NCBI GenBank assembly: GCA_951406725.2
Contig: OX597827.1
Coordinates: 65,844,001 to 65,908,000, forward strand
DNA: 64,000 bases
Source of the DNA: Octopus vulgaris
Lineage: Eukaryota
Direction: 5' to 3'
The notes beneath the pieces are model-generated. The model searched no databases. It was not told where the DNA came from and saw nothing but the letters and a program-made list of their open reading frames with translations. Made by a program: the position numbers and the translations under genes. Shown here in pieces: positions 40,947-55,717 of the stretch. Position 1 is the stretch's first letter, and the number at the start of each line of letters is the position of its first letter.

Positions 40947-41139
40947 CATGTATATAGCTGTTTTAGACTTTAGCACAAGACTAGTGCTTTGAGGTGTAAT
41001 TGTTTGGTTCATTTCCACGGTCCCTGCACTTAAATAATATTCATTTTATCGGCCTCGCAACAAGGAAGGCCAGTTTGAAACTCACCAATATTGGAGAAAT
41101 ACCGATACACATAACAAAAATAACAACAACTAAATAATA

Positions 41140-41365
41140 CTCCTTTCTACTATAGGCACAAGGCCTGACATTTCGTGGCGGGAACAAATTTTTTTACGTT
41201 GGCCCCAGTGCGTAACTGGGACTTATTTAATCGACCCCGAAAAGATGAAAAGCAAAGCCGACTCGGTGGAACTTGAATTCGAAGGTAGAAAGAACCTCAA
41301 GACAGATAATATACCACAAAGCATTTCATCCGGTGTGCAAACGATTCTGCCAATTCACCGTTTTA
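41140..41365 (-). mobile_element. SINE family B, degenerate
   Basis: ccccagtgcgtaactgggacttatttaatcgaccccgaaaagatgaaaagcaaag. Confidence 0.65.
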
Positions 41366-41439
41366 AAAATAATGATTATAATGACGAAGAGAATATATCT
41401 GACATGCTAAACAGACCTGCACGTTGCTACAACACTTGC

Positions 41440-42845
41440 AGTAAAGCAATCAACCATCTCTTGTATATAGATTATCTAAAACTGTGTGCTTCAAATGACG
41501 AACAACCGGAAACATTACTACAGAAACTGCATGGATTTACCAAAGGAATAAACATGAAATTCGTCGCAGAAAAATGTGCCAAAGCAATTTTGAAAACAGG
41601 AAAACTAGTTAAGAATAACAATATCACACTAGATAAAGCAAATGAAATTAGAGAATTAGACCAAAGCCAGACATATAAGTACTTAGGAATCGATGAACTA
41701 GATATGGTACAACACAAATGAAAGAGAAGATAAGAAAGGAATATTACAGAAGAGTTAGATTAATGCTGAAAACAGAGCTCAAGGCTAAAACAGAATAATA
41801 TGTAACAATACTCTAGCCGTTCCAGTAATAAGTTACAGCTACAATATACTTAATTGAACTCTAAATGAACTAAAGAAACTAAACAGGAAAACAAGAAAAC
41901 CAATGACAGAGTTTAGAATGCACCACCCAAAGTCTGACATAAAAGTTATTTGTACAAAGAACTGAAGGTGGTATAGGCCTTATACATCCCAGGAACCTAT
42001 TATAAAAATAACCTCCATAGAATTACAGAAATATCTATTTCAGAAAAAAATGAAACTGATACAAACAGCCACAAAACATGAGCAAACAAAACAGCTTTCT
42101 GTCTTTAATGAAGCTGAAAAATACAAAAAATTGAGTCATAGTACATAACAACTCTGAAAATAAAGAGGAAACAGCAAAATATGTAAGACAACTGAAATTC
42201 AAACTAAAACTGGAACAGCAAAGTATCATGATAATATGATGGCAAGAAAACCCTTACATGACAAATATTGCGATAAGCTAAACTTAAAATAAATAAACAA
42301 AATAATATCCCAACAATGGTTGAGAAGCACAGGACTCAAAGCAGAGACTGAAGGGTTTTTAATTACTACATAAGGTATTAGCACACACACATACACTCGC
42401 ATATAGAAACAAATGATGAAGAAAATACAAGTAACAGTAGAATATGTGGGGATATGGAAGAAAGGATATTATCTCTGACTGTCCAGTCCTGGCTGAGAAA
42501 GGGTATATCCAAAAACATGACAGAGTTGGGACCTATATACACTGGAAGCTATGAAAACACTCTGAAATGACAACAGAGAAAAGAATATAAAGGCACACTC
42601 CAGAAAAGGTTTTAGAAAATTACAAAACAACCGTACTCTCAAATATGCCAATGCAAACAGATTGAGAAATCATGGCTAATAGACCGGATATAGTTGTCAG
42701 ATATGAGCTAGAAAAAGTTGCCTTCTAATCGATGCATCATCACCAACAGATTGCCATGCATCTCTGAGAGAAACGTAGAAACCTTCAAAATACAAAGATT
42801 TGGAATAAGAGGTAACTCAAATGTGGAGCCTAAAACGAGAAACAA
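41440..42845 (+). pseudogene. Decayed R4/Dong-type (restriction-like endonuclease) non-LTR retrotransposon, RT C-terminus to RLE
   Basis: INHLLYIDYLKL (YxDD region), MKF..EKCAK, TYKYLGI, KEKIRKEYYRRVRL, a zinc-knuckle remnant (RICG..CPVLA..KHDRVG) at ~42435-42530, ANRPDIVV at ~42675 and KYKDL; many stops and shifts. Confidence 0.8.
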
Positions 42846-43013
42846 ATATAATCATATATATATATATATATATTACGGAGATGTACTCGCATAGCAAGTA
42901 ATTTGATCTGAGATCGTGTGCTGAAACGAAAACAATTGCAGCGTGGAAGGTGTTTATAAGCCAGTTAAGAAACACACAAAAGCCGTTCGATTCACTTCAA
43001 CATTTAAGTTTAA

Positions 43014-43063
43014 TTTGTCAAAATATTTTCGTCGCTAAAATCCGCGACCTGTTCACTGACAAA
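43014..43063 (-). ncRNA. Minimal type-I hammerhead ribozyme, G3-C8 core variant
   Basis: Minus strand: tttgtca-GTGAACA-g-gtcgc ggatttta gcgac-GAAA-atat-TT-tgacaaa; 7-bp stem I, 5-bp stem II, palindromic AATATT. Confidence 0.75.
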
Positions 43064-43082
43064 AATCCGTGCTGCACGATAT

Positions 43083-43130
43083 TTGTCAGTGAACAGGTTG
43101 CGGATTTTAGCGACGAAAATATTTTGACAA
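43083..43130 (+). ncRNA. Minimal type-I hammerhead ribozyme, G3-C8 core variant (second arm)
   Basis: ttgtca-GTGAACA-g-gttgc ggatttta gcgac-GAAA-atat-TT-tgacaa; one U-G wobble in stem II. Confidence 0.72.
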
Positions 43131-43290
43131 CTTAAACTTAAATGTTGAAGTGAATCGAACGGCTTTTGTGTGTTTCTTAAATGGCTTATAAACACCTTCC
43201 ACGCTGCAATTGTATATATATATATATATATATGTGTGTGTATATGTGTATGTATGTATGTATGTATATATTATTATATATATCTATATG

Positions 43291-43329
<39 letters not shown>

Positions 43330-43377
43330 ATACACTCATGCATACATATATATTAAAAGATGAGGAATTATTTACAA

Positions 43378-43412
<35 letters not shown>

Positions 43413-43470
43413 CAACAACATCATCGAAAAATACCTTAGGAATGAGAACCCAGGTTCGAAATTTCTCCAA

Positions 43471-43516
43471 GACACCTGATGAAGGCTGGAGGGTGTATTA
43501 GCCGAAACTTCGTGTT
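43471..43516 (+). ncRNA. Minimal type-I hammerhead motif inside a small repeat (~43355-43572)
   Basis: gacac-CTGATGA-a-ggct ggagggtgtatt agcc-GAAA-ct-TC-gtgtt. Stem III is not palindromic, so this copy may be mutated. Confidence 0.68.
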
Positions 43517-43894
43517 AACAACAAACAATATGAGGACAAATATCCGTCGAATGTAAATAATGTAAATAATGAATAGAATCGTTGTTTTGCAAAACTGTCT
43601 GGTCATCCTTCATTGGTAGTATAGTATATTTTTGTGAAATATACGAATGAACCTTAGTGAGAATAGATAAAATTATTCATTAGCATTTCTTTAATTAGTA
43701 AATTATTAGGTCCATCATTTCCCATCGAAATTACATCAAACCGATCGAGATATCAATAATACTTAAATCACGTATTGATGTCTGGCATTATAATCAATTT
43801 GAATGCTGTTACCAGACATTGTTATCGTTTAAAGACAATCGATTCTACTACCTGAAGCGTTACGCCGCCTCCCACTTGCACTTCACATCATTGC

Positions 43895-44190
43895 AACCAC
43901 TGTCACCACCACGACGAGAGCGACGAACACCACCACAACCACCACCACCACCACCACCACCATCACCACCACCACCACCACCATCACCACTACCACCACC
44001 ACCACCACCACTACCAACACCACGACCACGACCACCACTATCACCATCACCGCCGCCATCACTACGAACACCGCCAACACCAATACCATTTACCGTCACT
44101 ACCCTCATGGTCATCTTGATCATGATGGTAGTCATCATAATCATCATCGTCATCTTCGTCGTCGTCATCATCATCATCATCATCATCTTT
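43895..44190. repeat. (CCA)n / (CAT)n low-complexity trinucleotide tract
   Basis: Direct reading; it explains the poly-P/G/V ORFs. Confidence 0.9.
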
Positions 44191-44699
44191 ATCCCCTGCT
44201 TCTCCCCCTGCGCTCCCACCTCCTTATCAGCATTATCATCATCTTCCTGCGCGTCATCAACAGTTTTGCCGCCATAGTCATTAACATTCGTCTCATTATC
44301 ATCAGTCTCACATCACGTAAGTTTCGAAACTATACGCTGAAAAGATGTGGTGGTGATGTTAGTGGTGGGTAGATACAGCGACTGAGGGAGAAGTAGAAAA
44401 ATAAATACAGCATACAGACATTGTTTCCTCCGGCTGTATATTCGCTAGGGCAGCCGTCTGGCTCTTGTTATTTTTATTAAAATCAAAACTGTCTTTCAAA
44501 GGCAGAGGTAGAATATTGCAGATTTTTGCACTGTCCATCATGCAGGGATATTTCAGTGAATCAGAAGTTCGATTCTGCACATACCTAAGTATGTTTTGCC
44601 ATATGCTCTGGTTCACCAATTACTTGTGAATAAAGACCAGTACAAGCAAATTTTGTAGAATTCCGTTGACTGGACTATGAGCGTAATATATAGATCCAT

Positions 44700-44925
44700 C
44701 CTACCCACAAGGGGCTATACACAGAGGGGGAAAACACGGACAAACAAACGGATTAAATCGATTATATCGGCCCCAGTGCGTAACCGGTATTTATTTAATC
44801 GACTCCGGAAGGATGAAAGGCAAAGTCGACCTCGGCGGAATTTGAATCTCAGAACGTAGCGGCAGACGAAATAACGCTAAGCATTTCGCCCGGCGTGCTA
44901 ACGTTTCTGCCAGCTCGCCGCCTTT
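44700..44925 (-). mobile_element. SINE family B, single unit
   Basis: ctacccacaaggggct..gcatttcgcccggcgtgctaacgtttctgccagctcgccgcctt. Confidence 0.85.
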
Positions 44926-46176
44926 TGCTTTTACAAGAATATTGATTAAAGAGTATTCGTAAATCCAGAATACTCAGTATCTTAAGAAGCTAAATCGAAA
45001 GTCAGAATGTCCTCTCAACAGAATAAATATCAATACATATGGTGAGATAAAGGTGCGAATTCGTCAATGAAGTACACCTAAGTTTTATTTTCTTGTCCTT
45101 CCTCCACATTTTAGGTATGATTTGTGAAGGTTGGCTAATATGTTTAGCATAATGTATGAATACATATAATGCTTTCTCGCACACTTTTCTCATCTCCAAA
45201 ACCGATTAAGGTTGTTTATATTTTCAATCTACGAAGAAACAGCTAAAGTAGTCCTGTTTATAAAGGACTATTTTAGTCAGATATAACACGCCTTGATACT
45301 GTAGGGACTGACATCCCTGTTGATAGACCAGTTATCTCTACAATAAATTGTTGACACTTACGTTATGTCAATTAGTAACTCCAGTTTTCTGCAGCTAATA
45401 TAAGGAAGTATATAAACAGGTTGGCTATTTTCATCAATGGGAGAGGGCAAACTGATGTAGACGCATCTGATGAGAATGCAATAACGTTCTAAACATCTTC
45501 ATAAATGTTTAATCAATCTACGGAGAGACTGCTAACAAACCACTTAGATATAATGTTTTACAAGTAACAGATTTATCATGCAATAATAATATCAGCAATG
45601 ATAGCAATAAGTATTATTGCTATTATTACATAATAAAACAGTATTACCTTTAATATATACAGCTTTACATACACCTACACATGTTTCAACCGCACCGATT
45701 AATAACCGTTCCTATATATATTTATGTGTGTGTATGTGTGTGTGTGTATGTGTGTGTGTGTATGTGTCTATGCCTCTGTGTGTGTATGTGTGTGTGTGAG
45801 AGAGAGAGAGAAAGAGATTTCTCCTGCCATACGTCCTCTTTCCATCGGGAGATGTAAAGAAAGATTTATACGCTAAAAGTTTTCACGTATGCAAAGCTCT
45901 TTCCGTTCCGTTTCCTACGCTTTCTGCTGTGTTTGCCAAACTTAACATATTTTCAATAAAACTATTTCATTTGAAATATTTCAAATGTGGAAACGTATTT
46001 TTTATGTTTTGATAAACTTTGTTAAAAATATCTAAAATATAAAAGTACACAAAAGGAAAATAGTTACCCTTGATGTTAAAAAATAAAATTTGTTTTAGTT
46101 CAGCAATATATGTATGTATATATAAATGTATATAAATATATATATATATAACCATATACATGCATATACATGTATA

Positions 46177-46240
<64 letters not shown>

Positions 46241-46442
46241 TACATATTTATTATAGTTATGTGTATGTAGGTGGGTTTGTGTGGGAGAATGTGAATGTTT
46301 GTGTAGCGGAATTTAAAACATTCCTCAGTATATACTGTTTTATATATATATAAAATATATGTGTGTGTCTGTCTGTATATATGTATGTATATATGCATGT
46401 ATGTATGCATGTGTGTACATATATATCTTTGTATACATATAC

Positions 46443-46566
<124 letters not shown>

Positions 46567-46616
46567 ATATGCATATGTATGCATGTGTGTACATATATAT
46601 CTTTGTATACATATAC

Positions 46617-46697
<81 letters not shown>

Positions 46698-49263
46698 CAT
46701 ATACATACATACATACTTACATAAATACCTATATATTTAAGCAAACTGTTTGATAATTTACCGCATGCCTTTACATCATGAGAATATTTCTGGCAAAATT
46801 CACATTTAGTCACCCCCAAACTTTGAGAGAGGAAATGATGTCGAAAATAAGTCAGTTCCTTGCATCGGATTTAGAAATCATTCATGGTATTCGTTTGAAT
46901 TTCAAGAAAAACTGGAAATGACATATCGACAGAGATTCAATATATAGACTACACCATTATATACAATATTCACTCACTCCCTCTCTCTCCCTTCCTGTGT
47001 ATATGTATGTATGCATCTATATATTTATATGTATGTATAAATATAGGTATGTTCAATCATGTTTATAATGCCATCATTTCGTCCACATTCCCTCACATTG
47101 CCATCTCTTCTGTTTTTGCTACAGCCTACGCATGTTATTTATATTTTGTCCATCATTAATTTATTATCACTTCCACTATTTTTGGTTTTACTTTACGTAA
47201 CGGGAGATTTTACGAGCTGAGGTCTAATCTGACCCTTGTTAACTTCGCAAGTTATCGCTTTGGCTTCAATCGAAACCAGAAATATTGGTGTCCAATTCTG
47301 ACACAAAGTTGACGACATCAAAGTTGACCACATCAGCATCAGTGCCAAGCTGGTATCCAGAAATGAAAACAGAAAATCGAAAACAGTAGGATTTGTACTC
47401 AACACTTAAAAACTGACGAAATGCCGCTAAGAAGTTTGCCCGGGGTAGTAGCGAATCTGCCAGCTCGCAGTCATAATACGAAAAGAAATATCAATATATC
47501 ACGATAAATCAGAATAATCTGGTTCTCAAACAATCTGTGCCCATCCTGATTATGCTAGAAATGCATTTCAATTTTCATTTCTGGATCTTTTTGTTACAGA
47601 ACATCCCATATGCTGCTTAGAATTGTTAAGCTATGATTTTATATGTCGTGTCCCAATTTCATCAGTATCACCTTTTATTTTCATAATCTGTGACAAAAGG
47701 ATAAATCAACTATATTTTAATTGATTTGGGAGAATAATCTCTCACTCTAATTAGTGATTCTGTTTATAATTGAGATGCCGTTTCGGAAAAGATTAAACAT
47801 TAATATTACGATTAGGAAGTTGACGTTTTGGACATCGGATAAAATGTTTACATTTTGATTACTAATCCTGCCGAATCCAATATTGCCTTTCATACTTTCG
47901 GGTCGATGAAATAGTCACAAATTGTGCAACTAGGTTGATATTATCGATTTACACTTGTAATTTTGTCGGCATTGCGCCTAAATTTCAAACGGTTATTGAA
48001 ATTTGAAATCGTTATAATTACCGGTATCTTAGAATCGGCAGAGAATTACTACGAATACTTTACAGCATTTTGTTTCTACCTACCTGTTCCAGGTTCAAAC
48101 TTAAAATCGATTGATGTATCATTTCATCTTACTTCGGTAACATGTTTCAGTGAAGTACTAGAATCGATACCCTAACAGCGCTCACTCAACCAGCGAGTAG
48201 TATGTTATTTTCAAATTTTAACATGGTTATAGTAATGGATTTCAACGTTACATTTCTTCATGACATTTTGGAAATTGTCTCAGAGCAGCAATTCTTGCTG
48301 AACATGCAATGTAAATTTCGTAAGAAGAAAGGAACAAATGGTTTAGTTTTGTTCCAAAGTAAGGCAACTATTTCAGTCTCAATCCTTTTGAACTACGACT
48401 GAAATAGTCTATCATGTTTAGAGTGTTACCATATTCCTGTTAAATCTGAAACTTTCTACTAAATTGTATTAAGTACAGTTACTTATTCGGATAATATTTA
48501 TATAACCTTCTCTGGGTTCTAATTTCATAAATCCAATGAGAATGCGTGCATACGAAAGTAAACGCTAAGATTAACAACCTTAATTTGCTTTCAAAGAATA
48601 TCGGCAAATGTAATAATAGTTTTAGTAAAAATACTAAAAGCTTTAAGTTTAGAAGAAGAAAAAACGAAATTTTAAATATAGAAATACGTTTCAGATGTTA
48701 CTTTTCCCAAGAAACTCTCCATAATTATTCGTGTTTCCGTTTAAGAAAGAAAGATTAAATCAGTCCCAAAATTTAATCCTAACATTTTAAAGAAATGCAA
48801 ATTATATAGGAATACATACCCAAATATTATGGAGTAATACGGAGAAAATTTTGGAAATCACGTGACGGCAACAACAAAACAGCTCTAGGTAAATATATGC
48901 ACGCATAACATAAAGACACATATTTAAGTACATACATAGATGTGTATGCGGATGTATTTACACAACTCTGTGTATATCGTCCGCAGATTTCCCTCTTTCT
49001 GCATTCATATTTATTGAGCTAAATATCTAAATCTCTATCCGGCCATGTGTATCGTTTTCTGTCGTTATTCTTTTTAACTCTTTACTAGTCAATCCTCTAA
49101 AATCTTCCTTTTCAAATACTTCAACATTATATATATATGTTCACAAGCTTATACATATATATATATGTGTATGTGGTTATGTCTGCGTGTGTGTATAGCG
49201 ATTTATCTTTCTCCTCTCTCTCTATTCATTTCTCTCCCTCTCTCTCTCTCTATATATATATAG

Positions 49264-49322
<59 letters not shown>

Positions 49323-49772
49323 CTCACACACAAGTAGGATAAATTTCTGTGATTTAAACAAATGTTAGCATAACCGGACTAAAAACTAAATCAATCGTCG
49401 TGTCAAGGACTTACATTATACGTTATTTCAGCAAATTAGACAATCCATGTAGATTACTGAGGATGCAGATGTTCGTTTATATAAAGTTCTATAAATAGTT
49501 TTCTCTGCATATATACAACACAAAATAATGGACATATTTGATAGCTTACCTATGTACATACGATAAAATCGTGGTATTTCCATGTTCGTTTCAATCTTAC
49601 AAGATATGATTACAGCATAAATAATAAATAATACAGGAGTATCTTTCTATCTTATATAAGTAGGAACTGAATTCACTCTGTATAAGCACTTAGGTGTATG
49701 TCTACCTTTCTATCTTTCTGTGCATTTTCTTACCTATAGTTATATGTATTAATATATCTATATATATATTTA

Positions 49773-49816
<44 letters not shown>

Positions 49817-49847
49817 TGCATATACACATATATGCATATACATATAT

Positions 49848-50170
<323 letters not shown>

Positions 50171-50494
50171 TATATATAAGTCTTTGCCTCTGTGTGACCG
50201 TGTTCATTGCCGTTGGCGATGGTAGAGGTGAACATTCATATTGTTTGAGTATGCGAAAGTAAGGGTTAACGTACCCATATATGGTAGTGTTTATTTACTT
50301 AGTTATATGAAACTATATTTACATATGGATGAATGATAATTTATTTGTCTATTTTTACCTCTCGCTCTATCTGTCCATCAATCTCTATCTCTTTGTATAT
50401 ATCTCTCTCTTTGTATATATATATATATATATATATTATACATATATGTATGTATATATATGTATATGAATATATATATATATATTGGTGTATG

Positions 50495-50525
<31 letters not shown>

Positions 50526-50760
50526 GTATATATATATACGTACACCAATACACAGACACATACACACACACACACACCTACGCTTAAACGCACGCACATG
50601 TATATATATACAAGTACCTACGTGATTTCCTTCAATGCTTTTGGAACAATCCATACGTACAATTTAAAATCTATGAATATCCCAAAGTATCGTATATATT
50701 CACTAACATCAATATAGTTATAGAAGTTTCTAACTGAATGCAGAACTGTCCAGTTAGAAA

Positions 50761-50825
<65 letters not shown>

Positions 50826-50886
50826 ATATATATATATATATAGATAGATAGATATATAACATATATATACATATGTATTCATATAT

Positions 50887-50945
<59 letters not shown>

Positions 50946-51029
50946 CATATGTATGTATACGTGTATATGTGTACGGCTATATATGCGTGTATGTCTATAA
51001 ATCTATGTAACTCTCCTTATACGTATATC

Positions 51030-51066
<37 letters not shown>

Positions 51067-51074
51067 CGTCTATA

Positions 51075-51143
<69 letters not shown>

Positions 51144-51195
51144 TTTGTGTGTGTCTATATGTGTATATATGTGTGTGTGTGTATGTGTGTATATG

Positions 51196-51226
<31 letters not shown>

Positions 51227-51268
51227 GTATATATACATATATACTTACGTGTATATATACGTGTAAAC

Positions 51269-51305
<37 letters not shown>

Positions 51306-51764
51306 CGCCTATGTGTGTGTGTGTGGGTACATATGCACATATATGTTTACATATATGTGTACACATATATATCTATATGTTTACATATACGCTTCCGCGT
51401 TTATTTACGTGTGTGTATGTATGTATGTATGTATACAGACACACAACAAATGATTGACAAACATTGCAGACTACAAAAAAATATTGGTTGAAAAAATTGG
51501 AATGGAACGATAGAATTCAAAAGTAAGACCAACGCTTCAAATATTTTGAACAAAAAATACTATAATATAAAGACAGAAATCGTTATCATATTGTAAACGT
51601 AATCCGAATTGACATAACTGATAACAGAATTGACATTTGCCTTATCTAGATATCTGACATATTGTCTGACTGACGGTCCGTCTTCATTTTATACTACTCC
51701 TTTGCGGTACATCCTTACATACATACATACAAAGAACGTGAGAAAGATGTTGATGTGTGTGTGG

Positions 51765-51798
<34 letters not shown>

Positions 51799-51950
51799 AG
51801 AGCGAAATTGATTGCTCTGTACGCAAACAATCAAAGATGTATTGTTCGCTAAATTCGCATGAATACGCAGAAAGCACAAAAGAGTACGTACACGCATAGT
51901 TTCCCATAAATATACACACACATACACTTACACACACACGCACGCACACG

Positions 51951-51993
<43 letters not shown>

Positions 51994-52476
51994 ACATATA
52001 TATATAAAGGACAGAAACGGGTTAAATGTACGTGTGTGTATTTATTAACGCATACAGATAAACAAATAAGCTAGATATGTTATGATAAGTCGTAGCTGTT
52101 GTATACTAGAATCACTACGCTTTGTGATTTCTGCATATTCTATATTCTATGGAGACACTATCAAAGCACATAGTCTTGCATGGATACGTGAACGAAAACT
52201 AACTCTCCCACAACAGGATTCACGTATTCACAGTAAGTGTACCTTATCCTACACCTCCTATATATATATATACAAATTTCCGATCTTAAAGACATATCCG
52301 TTCCGTATACAGAAAAAGAAAGAAAGACGTATCCCTCGAAACCATAATATTCTTATAGGGTATAGTGATTGTGTTATATTAGAGTAAATGACGTCATCAT
52401 CTCCATCGTCATCATCATAATCATCATCACTATCAACAGCAACAACAAAATCAACAACAACAGCAGTAACAGTAGA

Positions 52477-52670
52477 AGTGCAATGTCCCAGTGGTTAGGG
52501 CAGTGGATTCGTGGTCGTAAAACCGCGGTTTCGATTCCTGGACCGAGCATTGTGACTGTTTACTGAGCAAAAACATCTTAAGCTCCACGATGCCCGGCAG
52601 GGGTGGGGTGTGAAGCCCGCTGTACTCTTTCACCACAACTTTCTCTCACCCTTTCTTCCTACTTCTGCCA
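52477..52670 (+). mobile_element. SINE family C head
   Basis: gcaatgtcccagtggttagggcag..ggtttcgattcctggacc..gctccacga..tgtactctttcaccacaactttctctcac. Confidence 0.78.
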
Positions 52671-53212
52671 CAAAGCAGAGGAACCATGGGGTAACCCATT
52701 TTGGTGTGGTAAATTTCAGACCCTAGGCTAGATTGCGAATCCTCTGTACCCCCAGGATGGTTCAGCTCTCCGCCCGATAAAAGCCACCGTTCACGGAATG
52801 AGGATAACAACGTAGCTTTTTCGCCCGTACAAACGCCAGTCTATCGCGGGTGGATCTTCAAGTTTCCACACGCATTCTTAGTAGCTTAGAGTAGGCTCGA
52901 ATTCGAGATTATTCTTTCTGCTTTCCATACTGTTGCCCAAACTGTCAATATCACTTTGTAGGTGTCCTGAGAGCCAAAAGATCAGTAATCCAGGCTCACG
53001 ACGTTTAGAAGATTTTGAAGATAATTTATATTCTTAGAACATTGCTAAAAATAGTTTTGCCCACTGCACGTACATCATGGTTATTCGTTAGGGGTCACGA
53101 TCATACTGACTTGTAAAACGAAAGCTCAGCGGATATGAATATCGAATGTAAGATGTAGGGAAAATAAAATATTAAGGAATACGCTGTTGGAAATATGTAA
53201 AGTATTTATTTT

Positions 53213-53334
53213 AGACGTAGGAGTGGCTGTGTGGTAAGTAGCTTGCTTACCAACGACATGGTTCCGGGTTCAGTCTCACTGTGAATGGATTTGGTAGACG
53301 GAAACTTAAAGACGCGACGTCGTATACATGTATG

Positions 53335-53407
<73 letters not shown>

Positions 53408-53590
53408 TTCTGTCTGTGTTGGTCACCCCAATATCGCTTGACAACCGATGCTGGTGTGTTTACGTCCCCGTAAATTAGGGGTTTGGCAATAGAGACCGAT
53501 AGAATAGGTACTAGGCGTACAAAGAACAAGGCGGTGCTCCAGTATGGCCACAGTTAAATGACTAACACGAATATAAGAGTAAAAGAGTAC
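53213..53590 (+). mobile_element. SINE family A with internal deletions
   Basis: Colinear with 31877-32288 apart from two gaps. Confidence 0.82.
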
Positions 53591-53778
53591 ATATATTTTG
53601 TACTCTTTGTAAACGTTTCAAAGTACTGAACAGATTTATATATGGATGTAGAATTGCTTTTGTGTAAGGAAATAAGAGACCAAATGATTAAATGTTCATT
53701 AATAAAAATTTTTCTAAAATTTCTGCGCTCAGTGGTCGACAATGATAACAGTGATTCAATCATTTGTATAGTGTTTTA

Positions 53779-53947
53779 GAGGCGGCGAACTGGCAGAAAT
53801 GTTAGCACGCCGGGCGAAATGCGTAGCCGTATTTCGTCTGCCGTTACGTTCTTGGTTCAAATTCCGTTTGATGTAATCGACTTAATCCGTTTGTCTGTCC
53901 TTGTTTGTCCCCTCTGTGTTTAGCCCCTTGTGGGTAGTAAAGAAATA
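53779..53947 (+). mobile_element. SINE family B with internal deletion
   Basis: ggcggcgaactggcagaaatgttagcacgccgggcgaaatg..tttagccccttgtgggtagtaaagaaata. Confidence 0.8.
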
Positions 53948-54386
53948 CATTTGCATAGGGTTTTCACACCTACGTAAATCTGAGACACAAGCAACGACAT
54001 GCTGAACAAACAAGATTGAGATGCGTTTCAGTTTAATGACGCTCCAACCCAAATATGTACGTTTGTGCAAAATATATCTTTGGATCTGTCTAATCTGACT
54101 TAAGGAAACCCGATATATTTTTTTAATGGCAGGATTAAAATTTTGTACGAAGGAATTAAAATAGAGTTCTGCGAATGGAAGATGAAATTACCATTTACCT
54201 TGCTGCTGCCGCTACTACTACTGCAACTACTACAACTACTACTACTACTACTACTACTACTACTGAAGAGTTACCGCAGGTTCTCATGTTGCTGACGAGT
54301 CTGTTGTATAAATTCTGATTAAAATTTTCTGTGACAATCATAACCACCATGATATTCACGCGATTTCTGCATGATAAATAAATACA

Positions 54387-54497
<111 letters not shown>

Positions 54498-54516
54498 CCC
54501 CTTGTGGGTAGTAAAG

Positions 54517-54557
<41 letters not shown>

Positions 54558-54595
54558 CGAGGTCTCTTTCATTCTTTTGTCGTCTTACCAGTTTT

Positions 54596-54632
<37 letters not shown>

Positions 54633-54750
54633 CAATTAAGGAACGGCCATAATAGGCCATTCACCCACTAGAAATAACAGCCAAAGCTTCTACCGCAAAT
54701 AAAGATCAATTCCGTAAACAGGAGAAAATTAAAAAAACATTTACCCTGTA

Positions 54751-54857
54751 ATTTCTTGTACGGTATACCGTTTCATCTGCTGTTTAATGGTAAACTAACC
54801 TGATTAAATTAAATCAAGCCAATCTTCCATAAGCCCTCAGATTCTTCAGCAAGAAAT
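54751..54857 (-). ncRNA. Type-I hammerhead ribozyme, array left arm copy 1
   Basis: atttcttg-CTGAAGA-atctg[long hairpin]cagat-GAAA-cggtataccg-TA-caagaaat on the minus strand. Confidence 0.92.
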
Positions 54858-55233
54858 AGCTCAAGTCGGAACAGATATTTACACGAGGCATACCCAATCC
54901 TGCCAAGGCAATATCTGACCTAAAATTTTCAAATCGTCGCACTCGCGCCAAATTTATCGGCAGCAAATAAATCGTCGATTCCATTACGGAATTAACCAAA
55001 AAATTCATAATTAATCAATATAGGGTGGCAAGGAAAATTTTGTAGAATTTTTTTGCCACCAGCGGCCAGTGGGAAAAAATTAAATAGTCATAGACCATTT
55101 TAAGTTCAACATTAACAATTAAGGAACGGCCATAATAGGCCATTCACCCACTAGAAATAACAGCCAAAGCTTCTACCGCAAATAAAGATCAATTCCGTAA
55201 ACAGGAGAAAATTAAAAAAACATTTACCCTGTA

Positions 55234-55340
55234 ATTTCTTGTACGGTATACCGTTTCATCTGCTGTTTAATGGTAAACTAACCTGATTAAATTAAATCAA
55301 GCCAATCTTCCATAAGCCCTCAGATTCTTCAGCAAGAAAT
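55234..55340 (-). ncRNA. Type-I hammerhead ribozyme, array left arm copy 2
   Basis: Same motif as 54751-54857. Confidence 0.92.
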
Positions 55341-55717
55341 AGCTCAAGTCGGAACAGATATTTACACGAGGCATACCCAATCCTGCCAAGGCAATATCTG
55401 ACCTAAAATTTTCAAATCGTCGCACTCGCGCCAAATTTATCGGCAGCAAATAAATCGTCGATTCCATTACGGAATTAACCAAAAAATTCATAATTAATCA
55501 ATATAGGGTGGCAAGGAAAATTTTGTAGAATTTTTTTGCCACCAGCGGCCAGTGGGAAAAAATTAAATAGTCATAGACCATTTTTAAGTTCAACATTAAC
55601 AATTAAGGAACGGCCATAATAGGCCATTCACCCACTAGAAATAACAGCCAAAGCTTCTACCGCAAATAAAGATCAATTCCGTAAACAGGAGAAAATTAAA
55701 AAAACATTTACCCTGTA

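Larger units (their letters stand above)
42873..43213. mobile_element. 341-bp fold-back non-autonomous element with two G3-C8 hammerheads, in (TA)n
   Basis: Inverted arms 42932-43063 / 43082-43213 with an 18-bp spacer; the left arm has ~59 bp of extra tail; a single-arm relative is at 13970-14172. Confidence 0.85.

Noticed and set aside
43819-44277. Proline-rich / transmembrane 152-aa ORF
   Set aside because: Arises from (CCA)n and (CAT)n tracts; no splice or domain support.
52680-53110. Possible decayed APE-endonuclease (RTE-like) fragment (SVIQAH, YIMVI)
   Set aside because: Too degenerate to support by eye.
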